A DNA stretch of 64,000 bases from Arcobacteraceae bacterium (lineage in GTDB: Bacteria; Campylobacterota; Campylobacteria; Campylobacterales; Arcobacteraceae), in assembly GCA_048268245.1 (NCBI GenBank), contig JBLWVX010000003.1, positions 1 to 64,000 of the forward strand, written 5' to 3'. The notes below the pieces were generated by a model. The model was not told where the DNA came from and did not search any database. It was given only the letters and a program-made list of their open reading frames with translations. A program made the position numbers and the translations under genes. Below are positions 18,432 through 29,436 of the stretch, piece by piece (the stretch's first letter is position 1; each line of letters begins with the position of its first letter).

Positions 18432-20225
18432 ATGAAAAAAAGTTCTTATAAGATATTTACCATCTTAATATATTTTATAGTCTCTTTATTAGCTTTTAGT
18501 ATTACTACAAACTATATTCTAGAAAAAGAAAATAAACTTTTACATAAAAAATATAATGCAATTAGCAATAATCTCGATGATAAAATAAACTCTTTAATTC
18601 AGAAAAAGAAAAATGCAACCTTAGCTTTTACAATAACTTTGGGAAATAATGCAGAAGTATCTGAAATATTAAATAGTAAGCAATACACAAAAGATAGCTT
18701 AAATAAGTTGTCTTTAGTTCTTCGAAAAGAGACAGACTTTAAAAATGTATGGTTTCAAATAATCAATAAAAATGGAATATCATTATATCGTTCATGGTCA
18801 GATAAAAAAGGTGATGATATCTCAAGTGTTAGAACTGATTTGAAAGAGATGATTAAAACACCTAAGATTCAAAGCACAATAAGTGTTGGTAAATATGATA
18901 TGACATTTAAGGCTATGGTTCCTATTTTTAAAGAGGGAAAGTTTGAAGGTGTTATTGAATCAATCACGCATTTTAACTCAATTTCAAGAGGACTTAGAAA
19001 AACAGATTTATTTGATCCTGTAATTGTAGTTGATAAGAAGTATACAAATCAATTGAAAAAAAATGCTTTTACAAAAATATTTGTTGACGATTATTATATA
19101 GCTAATTTATCAGCAAATAAAAAACTTTTAGAGTATTTAGGTGCAAATAATATTGAGAAATTTCTAAATATAACTGATTATAAAGTTTTGGATGAATATT
19201 TAATTGTTAATACACCCGTTTTTTATAATGACAATAAATTAGCAAATTTTTTAAGTTTTAAAAAGTTAAAACAAATAGATACCCAATATATAGAAGAATA
19301 TAAATATAATACTTTTTTATATTTGATTTTCTTTATAGTTTTACTTGGTTTAGTTTTATATAGTTCAAGTCATTATTTATATTCTAAGGAACTTAAAAAA
19401 CTATATATAAGATTAAACGAAAATCAAGATAAACTTCATAATCTAAATAGCTCTTTACAAAAAACAGTTGAAAAAGAAGTTACAAAAAATTATGAAAAAA
19501 ACAAAATCCTTTTTCAACAAAGTAAAATGGCTGCTATGGGTGAAATGATTGGAAATATAGCCCATCAATGGAGACAACCTTTATCTGTAATTACAACAGC
19601 AGCAACAGGTATAAGAATGAAAAAAGAAATAGGTATTTTAAGTGATGAAGAGTATAAAGACTCTTTAGATATTATAGTAAATTCTGCAAACTATTTGTCT
19701 AATACTATAGATGATTTCAGAAATTTTTTCTCACCTACAAAAGATAAAAATATAGTAAATTCAAATGAATTTATAGAAAAAGTATTTAGTTTAATAAGAA
19801 GCAATTATCAAAGTAAAGATATAGATATTATTACAGAAATTGAAGATGTGCAAATACTAACTTATGAGAATGAACTTTTACAAGTAATGATAAATCTTTT
19901 AAATAACTCAAGGGATGAGCTTATAAGAAAAAAAGATAATACTCAAAGATTTGTATTTATTGACTTATATGCAAAAAATGAAAATCTAATAATTAGTGTA
20001 AAAGATAGTGCTGGTGGAATAAGTGAGGATATTATAGATAGAATATTTGAACCTTATTTTACTACAAAACATCAATCACAAGGTACAGGAATAGGACTTT
20101 TTATGTGTGAAGAAATAATTTGTAAACATATGCATGGAAAAATTGAAGTATTTAATGATGAGTTTATGTATAAAAATCAAGAGTACAAAGGTGCAAGATT
20201 TAAAGTAAGCATACCCTTAAAATAG
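18432..20225 (+). CDS. Membrane sensor histidine kinase with periplasmic (Cache-like) domain
   Basis: Two TMs, MGEMIGNIAHQWRQPL H-box, DSAGGI, FEPYFTTK, GTGIGL. Confidence 0.92.
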   Translation: MKKSSYKIFTILIYFIVSLLAFSITTNYILEKENKLLHKKYNAISNNLDDKINSLIQKKKNATLAFTITLGNNAEVSEILNSKQYTKDSLNKLSLVLRKETDFKNVWFQIINKNGISLYRSWSDKKGDDISSVRTDLKEMIKTPKIQSTISVGKYDMTFKAMVPIFKEGKFEGVIESITHFNSISRGLRKTDLFDPVIVVDKKYTNQLKKNAFTKIFVDDYYIANLSANKKLLEYLGANNIEKFLNITDYKVLDEYLIVNTPVFYNDNKLANFLSFKKLKQIDTQYIEEYKYNTFLYLIFFIVLLGLVLYSSSHYLYSKELKKLYIRLNENQDKLHNLNSSLQKTVEKEVTKNYEKNKILFQQSKMAAMGEMIGNIAHQWRQPLSVITTAATGIRMKKEIGILSDEEYKDSLDIIVNSANYLSNTIDDFRNFFSPTKDKNIVNSNEFIEKVFSLIRSNYQSKDIDIITEIEDVQILTYENELLQVMINLLNNSRDELIRKKDNTQRFVFIDLYAKNENLIISVKDSAGGISEDIIDRIFEPYFTTKHQSQGTGIGLFMCEEIICKHMHGKIEVFNDEFMYKNQEYKGARFKVSIPLK

Positions 20226-20227
20226 GG

Positions 20228-21091
20228 TTACTTACTTTTTTTATTTGAAAAGTATACAAATATTGTAAGAGAGATTAAAATAAGTGCAATACCTGCTATT
20301 AGATAAAATGCATTTATCATCTCATCGTAACCATTTAATGCAATTTTAAATACTACAATTAAAGCTTCAATAGATAAGGCAATAATAATTGTACTTAAAA
20401 ACTTAACAAGTAGTTTTGTTTCAACTTTTGAATTTTTGGAGTAGGATTTAAAAAATACCTCTTGTTCTAAAATTGTTTTTGCCAAATCAAAGATTGCAAT
20501 ACCTAATGTTAAAGCAATTATTGGTTTAAACATAACTTCCAATGAAATTTCTGCTTTTATAAATAGATAATATACAAAGTCAAATAGTGAAAACCCAATA
20601 GTAATAATTGCAAGTATTGCCATTGAGAAACCTGCTAGAATATAAAAGCCTTTTGTTAAAGCATGAAATGGCTTATTTAATTCTAGTAGATTTAATTTTT
20701 CAAGTAAGATATCAATTCTAAAATCTAAAAAAAGAATCTCATCTCCCTCTTTAACTGTAACTGTCATACAACTATTTCTTGTGGCACTACTTATATATGG
20801 TCTTGAAAATGCCATGTTGTTATCTTTGAATTCAAGTTTTGTGATAATAGAGGATCTATCTTTATTTTTTGCACTTAAATCCATTTTATCTTTGTATATA
20901 TTAGCTGAGGTTTGAATCTTAGTATCTTTATTTGTAATATATACTAATTCTAATGATGGGAAAAGAGAAAATAGTTGTTTAAAGTCATCTTTTTTTAAAG
21001 AACTTAAATGACCTAGATTTCTAATACTCTCTTGTATAAAAAACTCTATATCATCTTTATGTTGTTTGTAGGTTTCTATAAACTCTTTCAT
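20228..21091 (-). CDS. PDC/Cache-like sensor domain plus C-terminal 4-TM membrane protein
   Basis: N-terminal soluble domain with DRS..SRPYISSAT..C; four hydrophobic helices including IFDLAKTILEQEV. Confidence 0.6.
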   Translation of the reverse strand: MKEFIETYKQHKDDIEFFIQESIRNLGHLSSLKKDDFKQLFSLFPSLELVYITNKDTKIQTSANIYKDKMDLSAKNKDRSSIITKLEFKDNNMAFSRPYISSATRNSCMTVTVKEGDEILFLDFRIDILLEKLNLLELNKPFHALTKGFYILAGFSMAILAIITIGFSLFDFVYYLFIKAEISLEVMFKPIIALTLGIAIFDLAKTILEQEVFFKSYSKNSKVETKLLVKFLSTIIIALSIEALIVVFKIALNGYDEMINAFYLIAGIALILISLTIFVYFSNKKSK

Positions 21092-21152
21092 TTAAAATCC
21101 TGATAATTTTTTCTTTATTGTACAGTTTTATTATGAATATGATAGAAAAATA

Positions 21153-21259
21153 TGATTATTTTATATACATCTGTTTAATTTTTGTATGAAAGTATTATTC
21201 ATAATGATTAAAAAATATCAAAAAGAAAAAAATATTTACAAGTATATATTTTATATACA
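21153..21259. promoter_or_regulatory. Cluster of candidate nitrogen-regulon boxes between divergent genes
   Basis: TGATT-ATTTTAT-ATACA (21153-21169), TGATT-AAAAAAT-ATCAA (21205-21221), TATAT-ATTTTAT-ATACA (21243-21259). Confidence 0.45.
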
Positions 21260-21325
21260 AAATCTCTTTTTATTAAATAATTATTCTATGTTATAGTAGA
21301 CTACGTTAAAAAAGGAGAGTTTAAT

Positions 21326-22513
21326 ATGATTGATAAAATAATTGCAAATAAACTAATTGATATTTATTTTCAACCAATAGTATCTGTAAGAACTAAATCA
21401 ATATTTGCATTTGAGGCTTTGTGTAGATGTTCGTATAATGAGCAAGTAATACCTCCTGATTTGCTATTTAAACTTGCAAAACAAAATGATCTTCTTTTAA
21501 AGCTTGATATTATGGCTAGAAAAAAGGCTATAGAGAAGTTTTCTTATTATTATAAAAGGAATAAGGATCTAATTCTTTTTTTAAATTTTGAATCATCACT
21601 TTTAAATGATTTAAAGTCTTTTGAGAAAATCAATAGTTTTTTAGAAGATATTATAGATTTGAAAATACCTTTTAAAAACTTTGTATTAGAGATAAAAGAG
21701 GATGAAATTTCTAATATTGAAGTTTTAAACGAGTTTTGTAAAAGATACAAAGATTTAGGTTTTATGATAGCACTAGATGACTTTGGTACTGGAAGTTCTA
21801 CTTTTCATCGAATAAATATTATAAAACCTGATATTATAAAAATAGATAGGTCTTTATTTAGTGACTATGACAATCAAATAAATAAAGAGATTGTAAAAGC
21901 AATTGCAAGAATGAGTCATAATTTGGGTATAAGAGTTTTAGCTGAGGGTGTTGAAACTGAGCAATGTATTTGTACTTCTTTAAAAGCATCTATAAATTTA
22001 TATCAAGGTTTTTATTTTTCTAAAGCACAAAAAAATATACAAGATAAAGATATAAAATCTATAGAATACAAGATAAGTGATATTGCAAAGATTTTTAAAG
22101 AAAAAAATATAGAGGCAATTAATGCAAAGAGTCAAGCCATTGATACCTATGATAATATGGTGACAAATATAATTTCAAAAATTTCTTGTTTAAATACTTT
22201 TTATAAAAATTTAGAAGAAGCTTGTATCGCATATGAAAATATTGAGGCTGTATATTTAATAGATACAAAGTCCTCAAAACAAATACATGATACATTGGTT
22301 CTTAAAAATATAAATGATAGGTTTAAAGCAACAAAAGATGGTTTTGAACATTATTTAAAAGAATATTACTACATTACAATAGAATCAAAAAAGGGAATTT
22401 TTTTAAGTCAAAAGTATATCTCATACGCTACAGGAAGCCTTTGTAAGACTTTTGCTAAAAGATTTTCATTGAATAATAAAAGCTATATTTTATGTATAGA
22501 TATAGTTTTATAG
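21326..22513 (+). CDS. EAL c-di-GMP phosphodiesterase with C-terminal PDC-like domain (YkuI-like architecture)
   Basis: YFQPIV, FEALCR, LFLN, LEIKE, ALDDFGTG, IKIDRS, AEGVET, YQGFYF; C-terminal YISYATG..C. Confidence 0.9.
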   Translation: MIDKIIANKLIDIYFQPIVSVRTKSIFAFEALCRCSYNEQVIPPDLLFKLAKQNDLLLKLDIMARKKAIEKFSYYYKRNKDLILFLNFESSLLNDLKSFEKINSFLEDIIDLKIPFKNFVLEIKEDEISNIEVLNEFCKRYKDLGFMIALDDFGTGSSTFHRINIIKPDIIKIDRSLFSDYDNQINKEIVKAIARMSHNLGIRVLAEGVETEQCICTSLKASINLYQGFYFSKAQKNIQDKDIKSIEYKISDIAKIFKEKNIEAINAKSQAIDTYDNMVTNIISKISCLNTFYKNLEEACIAYENIEAVYLIDTKSSKQIHDTLVLKNINDRFKATKDGFEHYLKEYYYITIESKKGIFLSQKYISYATGSLCKTFAKRFSLNNKSYILCIDIVL

Positions 22514-22552
22514 TTCTTATAATTTATACTGTTGAATATATATTTATATAAA

Positions 22553-22607
22553 TGATTAAAAAATATACAGATAACATGTTTACACTTTTGTCAGTTTGTT
22601 TTATAAT
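22553..22607 (+). promoter_or_regulatory. Candidate nitrogen box followed by a sigma70-type amtB promoter
   Basis: TGATT-AAAAAAT-ATACA (22553-22569); TTTACA (22579)-17-TATAAT (22602). Confidence 0.55.
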
Positions 22608-22636
22608 GACTGTAGATAAATTGACAAAGGAGTCTT

Positions 22637-23851
22637 ATGGAAAATTTTACTGATGTAAAGTATATACTAGATGGTTTCCTGTTTGTATTCTCAGGAGTTC
22701 TAGTAATGTGGATGGCAGCTGGTTTTGCCATGTTAGAAGCTGGTTTAACAAGAACAAAAAATAACGTTACTGTTTTAACTAAAAATATTGGGTTATTCTC
22801 AATATCTTGTATTATGTTCTACTTCGTAGGTTATAATGCAATGTATGGTGAGGGAAATGCCTTCATTGGTTCTATCTCAATGTTTAGTGGTGAAAATGCA
22901 CCAGATGCAGCATATCCTGCATTTGCTGACTTTTTCTTTCAAGTAATGTTTGTTGCAACTGCTGCATCTGTAATCTCAGGAACAGTTGCAGAAAGAATGA
23001 AATTATGGCCATTCTTAATCTTTGTTGTTGTGTTATCATCTTTAATTTACCCAATTCAAGGTCACTGGACATGGGGAGGAACTGAATTAGGTGGTTTAAT
23101 TGCTGGTTTCTCTGACTTCGCTGGTTCAACTATTGTTCACTCTGTAGGTGGATGGGCTGCATTAGCAGGTGTATTAATCCTTGGTGCTAGAAAAGGTAAA
23201 TATGGTAAAAATGGGCAAGTAAGACCAATTCCAGGTTCAAACTTAACATTAGCAACTTTAGGTACATTCATTTTATGGATGGGATGGTTCGGATTCAATG
23301 GTGGTTCTCAATTAGCATTAGGTTCTAAAGCTGATATTGATGGTATTGCTTTAGTTGTTGCTGATACAAATATGGCCGCTGCTGCTGGTGCTATTGCAGC
23401 TGCACTTTTAACTCAACTTATTTACAAGAAAGTTGATTTAACTATGGTTTTAAATGGTGCTTTAGCAGGACTTGTTTCTGTAACAGCTGGTCCTGATTTA
23501 GGTATGTTAGTTTCATTTGTTGAAGGTATTGTTGGTGGTGCTTTAGTAGTATTTGCTGTTCCTTTCTTTGACAAGTTAAGAATTGATGATCCTGTTGGTG
23601 CTTTATCTGTTCACTTAGTAGCAGGTATCTGGGGAACAATAGCTGTTGGTATCTTTAATCCAGATGTGACTATTTTAGCTCAACTTAAAGGTATTGTTGT
23701 GATTGGTGCATTTGTATTCATAACTTCATTCATTGTATGGAAAATATTAGATATTACAATTGGACTTAGAGTTGATGAAGAAACTGAAGTTAATGGTCTT
23801 GATATTCATGAAACAGGACTTGAAGCTTACCCAGAATTCAAAAGAGCCTAA
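22637..23851 (+). CDS. amtB: Ammonium transporter
   Basis: GFAMLEAG, FQVMF, DFAGSTIVH, WMGWFGFNGGS, DDPVGALSVH (twin His). Confidence 0.96.
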   Translation: MENFTDVKYILDGFLFVFSGVLVMWMAAGFAMLEAGLTRTKNNVTVLTKNIGLFSISCIMFYFVGYNAMYGEGNAFIGSISMFSGENAPDAAYPAFADFFFQVMFVATAASVISGTVAERMKLWPFLIFVVVLSSLIYPIQGHWTWGGTELGGLIAGFSDFAGSTIVHSVGGWAALAGVLILGARKGKYGKNGQVRPIPGSNLTLATLGTFILWMGWFGFNGGSQLALGSKADIDGIALVVADTNMAAAAGAIAAALLTQLIYKKVDLTMVLNGALAGLVSVTAGPDLGMLVSFVEGIVGGALVVFAVPFFDKLRIDDPVGALSVHLVAGIWGTIAVGIFNPDVTILAQLKGIVVIGAFVFITSFIVWKILDITIGLRVDEETEVNGLDIHETGLEAYPEFKRA

Positions 23852-23863
23852 GGAGAATTATAG

Positions 23864-24202
<339 letters not shown>

Positions 24203-24228
24203 TTTTGAAAGATTAGAAATTATACAAC

Positions 24229-24261
24229 ACAATCCAAGATACATACTTTTTCTTGGATTGT
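24229..24261 (+). terminator. Hairpin after glnK
   Basis: ACAATCCAAGA / TCTTGGATTGT 11-bp stem followed by a T-rich tract. Confidence 0.55.
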
Positions 24262-24275
24262 ATATTTTTTATACA
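24259..24275. promoter_or_regulatory. Candidate nitrogen box upstream of second amtB
   Basis: Perfect-armed TGTAT-ATTTTTT-ATACA. Confidence 0.55.
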
Positions 24276-24340
24276 TAAACCTTCTATACAAATATTTTTT
24301 ATACCTATATAATAAAAGAAAACAAACAAAGGAATCTTTT

Positions 24341-25525
24341 ATGGGTGTAGAAGTATCTTACGTAATTGACACGCTATATGCAATCTTTGCAATGACTTTA
24401 ATTATTTTCATGGTACCAGGCTTTGCTATGCTTGAAGCAGGAATCGTTAGAACAAAAAATGTTACAGCTGTATTAACTATTAATACTTTAATTTATGCTA
24501 TTGCATCATTAGCATTTTTACTTGTAGGTTATTCAGTAGCATTTGGTGATTTTGGTGCTGATGGTATGAGTAAATGGGCAGCGTTTTTATTTCAAATGGC
24601 ATTTGTTGGAAAAGTAGTAAATATTATGAGTGGGGGAGTTAGTGAAAGAGCTAAAGTAATTCCCTTAGCATTATTTACTATTATCATGGCAGCTGTTATA
24701 TATCCTTTAGTTGTAAATGTAACATGGGGGTCAAACTTTCTTGAAGGTACTGCTTTAGCTTTATCTATGTATGACTTAGCTGGTTCAACAGTAATTCATA
24801 GTACAGGTGGATGGGCATTATTAGCCGCAATTTTGATTATAGGTGCAAGAAAAGGAAGATATACTCCAACAGGAGGAATTAGAGTAATACCAGCTTCTAA
24901 TATTCCCTTACTTACTTTAGGTGCTTTTCTTTTATGGATTGGTTGGTTTGGATTTAATGGTGGTTCAGTAGGTTCAATTGCTTCAAAAGAAGGAGCAGAT
25001 GCAGTAGCATTAACTATTATGAATACAAATACAGCAGGTCTTGCAGGTGCTATTATGGTAGCAGTTATTATGTATATAAAGTATAAGAAACTTGATATTA
25101 CAATGATTCTAAATGGTGCATTAGGTGGTTTAGTAGCTATTACAGCAGGACCTGATCTTTATGATATTCACACTCCAATCTTAATTGGTGCAATTGGTGG
25201 AGCTTTAGTTGTATTTGGTGTATCTTTCTTTGATAAATTAAGATTAGACGACCCAGTTGGTGCCTTATCAGTTCACCTAGTAAATGGTATTTGGGGAACA
25301 TTAGCAGTAGGTATCTTTGCTTCAAATGGAGAGAATATTACTTTCTTAGGTCAATTAAAAGGTGTTATAGTCATAGCAATATTTGCATTTATAGTTTCTT
25401 ACGTAATTTTATATCTTATAAATAAAGTAATGCCATTAAGAGCACATAAAGATGAAGAAGTTCAAGGACTTGATGTTGAAGAGTGTGGAGTAGAGGCTTA
25501 TCCAGAATTCAAAAGAGCCTTTTAG
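24341..25525 (+). CDS. amtB: Ammonium transporter, second divergent paralog
   Basis: PGFAMLEAG, DLAGSTVIH, WIGWFGFNGGS, DDPVGALSVH. Confidence 0.93.
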   Translation: MGVEVSYVIDTLYAIFAMTLIIFMVPGFAMLEAGIVRTKNVTAVLTINTLIYAIASLAFLLVGYSVAFGDFGADGMSKWAAFLFQMAFVGKVVNIMSGGVSERAKVIPLALFTIIMAAVIYPLVVNVTWGSNFLEGTALALSMYDLAGSTVIHSTGGWALLAAILIIGARKGRYTPTGGIRVIPASNIPLLTLGAFLLWIGWFGFNGGSVGSIASKEGADAVALTIMNTNTAGLAGAIMVAVIMYIKYKKLDITMILNGALGGLVAITAGPDLYDIHTPILIGAIGGALVVFGVSFFDKLRLDDPVGALSVHLVNGIWGTLAVGIFASNGENITFLGQLKGVIVIAIFAFIVSYVILYLINKVMPLRAHKDEEVQGLDVEECGVEAYPEFKRAF

Positions 25526-25668
25526 AATTAGCAAATAGCTGGCATCTTTTGCCTACTATCTGCGTTGGAAAAGTTAATTTTCTTCTCACTTACTTCAAGT
25601 AAGCTCCTACGAAAATTAACTTTACCGCCTTGATACTGAACAAAATCTACCAACTCTTTGCCAATTCT
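25524..25668. repeat. ERIC-like palindromic intergenic element (MITE-like), about 145 bp
   Basis: Imperfect terminal IRs (AGAATTAGCAAATAGCTGG / CCAACTCTTTGCCAATTCT), inner IR AAAGTTAATTTTC / GAAAATTAACTTT; minus strand has CAAGGCGG..GGAGCTTAC..AAGTAAGTGA..CCAACGCAG. Confidence 0.75.
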
Positions 25669-25746
25669 TTATTGCAAAAATTTGTAGAAATTTGTTTGGT
25701 TTTATTATTAAATAGTCATTAAAAAGACTAGATAATTTAAATTTAA

Positions 25747-26126
<380 letters not shown>

Positions 26127-26127
<1 letters not shown>

Positions 26128-27152
26128 TGAGTAGTGTAACTACTTTTGAAATAAATGAACCTTTAGATATGCACCTTCACTTACGTGATGGTGATATGTT
26201 AAAGCTTGTTGGTCCACTAACATCAAACACATTTAGTGGAGCTTTAATAATGCCTAATTTAGTACCACCAGTAACTACTAAAGAAGCCTTATTATCTTAT
26301 AAACAAAGAATTAAAGAAGCATGTGAAGGGGATACTTTTGAACCTTACTGTACACTTTTTTTCCAAAATGACTACTCTTATGAATTTTTAGAAGATATAA
26401 AAGATGATATCATAGGTATTAAGCTTTATCCAGCAGGTATTACTACAAACTCAGAAACTGGTGTTTCTTCTATGGATGTTGAAGTTTTAAGACCTACGCT
26501 TGAGTCTATGAGTAAACTTGGTATTCCTTTATGTGTTCATGGTGAAACAAATGGTTTTGTTATGGATAGAGAGAAAGAGTTTATGCCAATTTATGAATCA
26601 ATTGCAAGTGCATTCCCTGAGTTAACAATTATTATGGAGCATATTACTACAAAAGACGCAGTTGAACTACTTGATAAATATGATAATTTATATGCAACTG
26701 TAACACTACATCATTTACTTATTACACTTGATGATGTTGCAGGTGGAATGTTGCAACCACATCTTTTCTGTAAGCCAATTGCAAAAAGATACGAAGATAA
26801 AAACGCACTTTTAGATGCTGCTTTAAAAGCTCATCCAAAACTTATGTTTGGTTCAGATTCTGCGCCACACCCAAAACATAAAAAAGAGTGTTGTGGATGT
26901 GCAGCTGGTGTATTTACTTCACCAATTGCATTACAAGTTTTAACTGAGTTATTTGAAAAGTACCAAGCTCTAGATAATTTAAATGCTTTTGTATCTTTAA
27001 ACGCTCAAAAAATTTATAACTTCAAACCTTTAACTAAGAAAATTAAATTAGTTAAAAAAGATTTTGTTGTACCTGAAATTTATGAATATAAAAATGAAAA
27101 TGTAGTACCAATGTACGCAGGGGAAACTTTATCTTGGAGTATAGAAGATTAG
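26127..27152 (+). CDS. pyrC: Dihydroorotase (type II)
   Basis: [41 protein letters not shown]. Confidence 0.96.
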
Positions 27153-27167
27153 GAATTAAAAGGGATA

Positions 27168-28286
27168 TTAATATTTCCCTTTTCTTTTTTCTTCTTCTTT
27201 TTCTTTAAGAAGTCTTTTGATGTTTTCAGCTGTTTCTTTTGCTTTTGTAATTCTCTCTTCTCTCATTATTCTTAATGTATCTAAAGTCTCTTGTTTTTCT
27301 TTATCTAAATTAGTTTGAATCTGTATAGCTTTTCTATTGTTTGAAACACCAGATACGGTAAGGAATTTCTCTTTTCTATTAATATAAACTTTTGTAGATG
27401 CTGATGTGGCATTTTTGTTAAACACTATGATATCGTTTTCTTTAAGATTTAATATCTCTTCTGCTGTTAACTCTGTTTCAGCCATAATAGCTTCAATTTT
27501 CATCTTTGCACCAGAAATAAGTGTAGTAATATCTCTTTTTCTACTTGATTTCCTATTTTTACCCTCAGAGAATACTTTTTCAACTACTTTCCCTAAAAGA
27601 GGTTCAATATAAGAAATAGGATAACAAATTGATAAGAAACCTGACTCTTCATCAATTGTTACTTCAAGTACTACTAGTAATACAATCTCATGGTCAGAAA
27701 TAATTTGGATTGCATTTGCATTTGTATCTTTTGATTCAACTTTAAAGTTTAAAGTTGATACATCATCCCATGTTTTATAAAGATTTTTAATAACAAGTTC
27801 ATAAAAATGATCTAAGATTTCAACTTCAATTTCAGTAAGTTCTCTATCTAGATTATCACTTGTATTTACTGCACCTGAACCTAATAGCTCAGCAATAATT
27901 TTATGTGAAATTCCTGGGTTTGATTCAATTACAATTCTTCCTTCCATTGGTTTTATAGAAAGGGTATTAAGTGATGTTATTTGAGGAATAGATAAAATAA
28001 ACTCCCCATAAGTCATTTGTTCAATTGAGTAAAGCTTAATATCTACAATTTTTCTTAACATCGCTGAAAGATCGGTAATAAAGTCTCTAAGCATTTTGTC
28101 ATGCATAGTTGAGAAGGCTTTAAATTGCTCTGGTGAAATTCTATTTGGTTTTTTAAAATCGTAAATTGAATAGTTTTTTTCTTTTGATACAACTTTATCG
28201 GCAGGACTAGCATTATCAATGTCCTCACCTTGTTCGGCAATATCTAAAAGTGCATCAATTTCATCTTGACTTAAAAATTCTGCCAT
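27168..28286 (-). CDS. fliM: Flagellar motor switch protein FliM
   Basis: LSQDEIDALL CheY-binding peptide, YDFKKP, QMTYGEF, LTEIE. Confidence 0.95.
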   Translation of the reverse strand: MAEFLSQDEIDALLDIAEQGEDIDNASPADKVVSKEKNYSIYDFKKPNRISPEQFKAFSTMHDKMLRDFITDLSAMLRKIVDIKLYSIEQMTYGEFILSIPQITSLNTLSIKPMEGRIVIESNPGISHKIIAELLGSGAVNTSDNLDRELTEIEVEILDHFYELVIKNLYKTWDDVSTLNFKVESKDTNANAIQIISDHEIVLLVVLEVTIDEESGFLSICYPISYIEPLLGKVVEKVFSEGKNRKSSRKRDITTLISGAKMKIEAIMAETELTAEEILNLKENDIIVFNKNATSASTKVYINRKEKFLTVSGVSNNRKAIQIQTNLDKEKQETLDTLRIMREERITKAKETAENIKRLLKEKEEEKRKGKY

Positions 28287-28287
28287 A

Positions 28288-29346
28288 CTATCCTCTTATC
28301 TCAAATTCAACATCAATCGCACCAAGTTCTTTTATCATCTTAAGTGTATCAATTATCTCTGTCATCGGAAGTTTCATAACCTTCATAGCTCTAACTAAGT
28401 CAGCTACTGTTGGTTGTTGTTTTGTATCAATTCTTGCATTGTTTATATCTACAACAGGCTTATCTACGATTTTAACACCATCTCCAACATCTACACCTTT
28501 ATTTAGTTTCTCATCTCTCCATTGTTTTTCTGTAAGAGGAGTTTTCTTGATTCTAACTGTAAATGAATCTCTTGCTATGGTTACTGGATCAATTATAATA
28601 TCTCCACCTGTAATAACTGATTTTCTATTCATGTCAATAATTATTTTCTTTTTGAAACTTGAGTCAAGTTCAATTCCTTCAACCATTGCAATAAATTTTA
28701 CAATAGACATTTCTGGCGGTTTAATCACATCAATTGTTCTAGTATCTAGTGCTGTTGCTAATTTCCTACCAAATTTCTTATTGATTTTTGTCTGAATCAA
28801 ATCTGCATTTTTTGCTGAACTTTTAAGCAAACTAAGTCTAATTGAGTCTTCATCTTTTAGATTAAAATCAATTTCATTTTCAACTGTAGCTCCATCATAA
28901 ATAAAACCTGTAGTTTCATTATCAGCATCTGCAATAATAGTACCTTGAGCTAAAGCATAAACTTTTCCATCTACACCCTTTAGCTGAGTTATTAATAATT
29001 CACCTTTATCAACAGATTTTGCATCACCTATTGTAGATACTTTTACTTTTACTTTATCACCTTGTCTTGAAAATGGTGGAAGTTTTCCTGTTACCATTAC
29101 AGCTGCAATATTTTTTGAGTTAATTGAACCTGCTGGTATTTTTATATAGGAGTTTCTAAGAAGGTTTTGTAAGCTTTGCATAGTAAACTTAGATTTATCT
29201 CCAGTTCCTGCAAGTCCAACTACTAAACCATATCCAATAAGTTGGTTTTCTCTAATTCCAATTATGTTTGATATATCTTTTATAGTTTGCGAATATAACG
29301 ATGAAATAAATAATACTACTAAAAAAAAATACTTCAAAATAAACAC
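28288..29346 (-). CDS. flgI: Flagellar P-ring protein FlgI
   Basis: GIRENQLIGYGLVVGLAGTGD, NIAAVMVT, GDAKS, YALAQG. Confidence 0.96.
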   Translation of the reverse strand: MFILKYFFLVVLFISSLYSQTIKDISNIIGIRENQLIGYGLVVGLAGTGDKSKFTMQSLQNLLRNSYIKIPAGSINSKNIAAVMVTGKLPPFSRQGDKVKVKVSTIGDAKSVDKGELLITQLKGVDGKVYALAQGTIIADADNETTGFIYDGATVENEIDFNLKDEDSIRLSLLKSSAKNADLIQTKINKKFGRKLATALDTRTIDVIKPPEMSIVKFIAMVEGIELDSSFKKKIIIDMNRKSVITGGDIIIDPVTIARDSFTVRIKKTPLTEKQWRDEKLNKGVDVGDGVKIVDKPVVDINNARIDTKQQPTVADLVRAMKVMKLPMTEIIDTLKMIKELGAIDVEFEIRG

Positions 29347-29436
29347 CCTCTAATTAAGTGTATTTATTTTATCAAAAATTTAATAAAAAAAGGTATAATC
29401 TATACAATAAAAATGATTGTATTATAGGGTTTTGGT

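Noticed and set aside
22514..22636. Sigma54 (-24/-12) promoter for amtB
   Set aside because: No TGGCAC-N5-TTGC-like sequence seen; a sigma70-type TTTACA-17-TATAAT is present instead.
29321..29328. Homopolymer tract near the flgI start (and similar A/T runs in the GGDEF gene) as a phase-variation switch
   Set aside because: A/T runs of about 8 nt are common in DNA this AT-rich, the frames are intact, and no poly-G/C tracts were seen.
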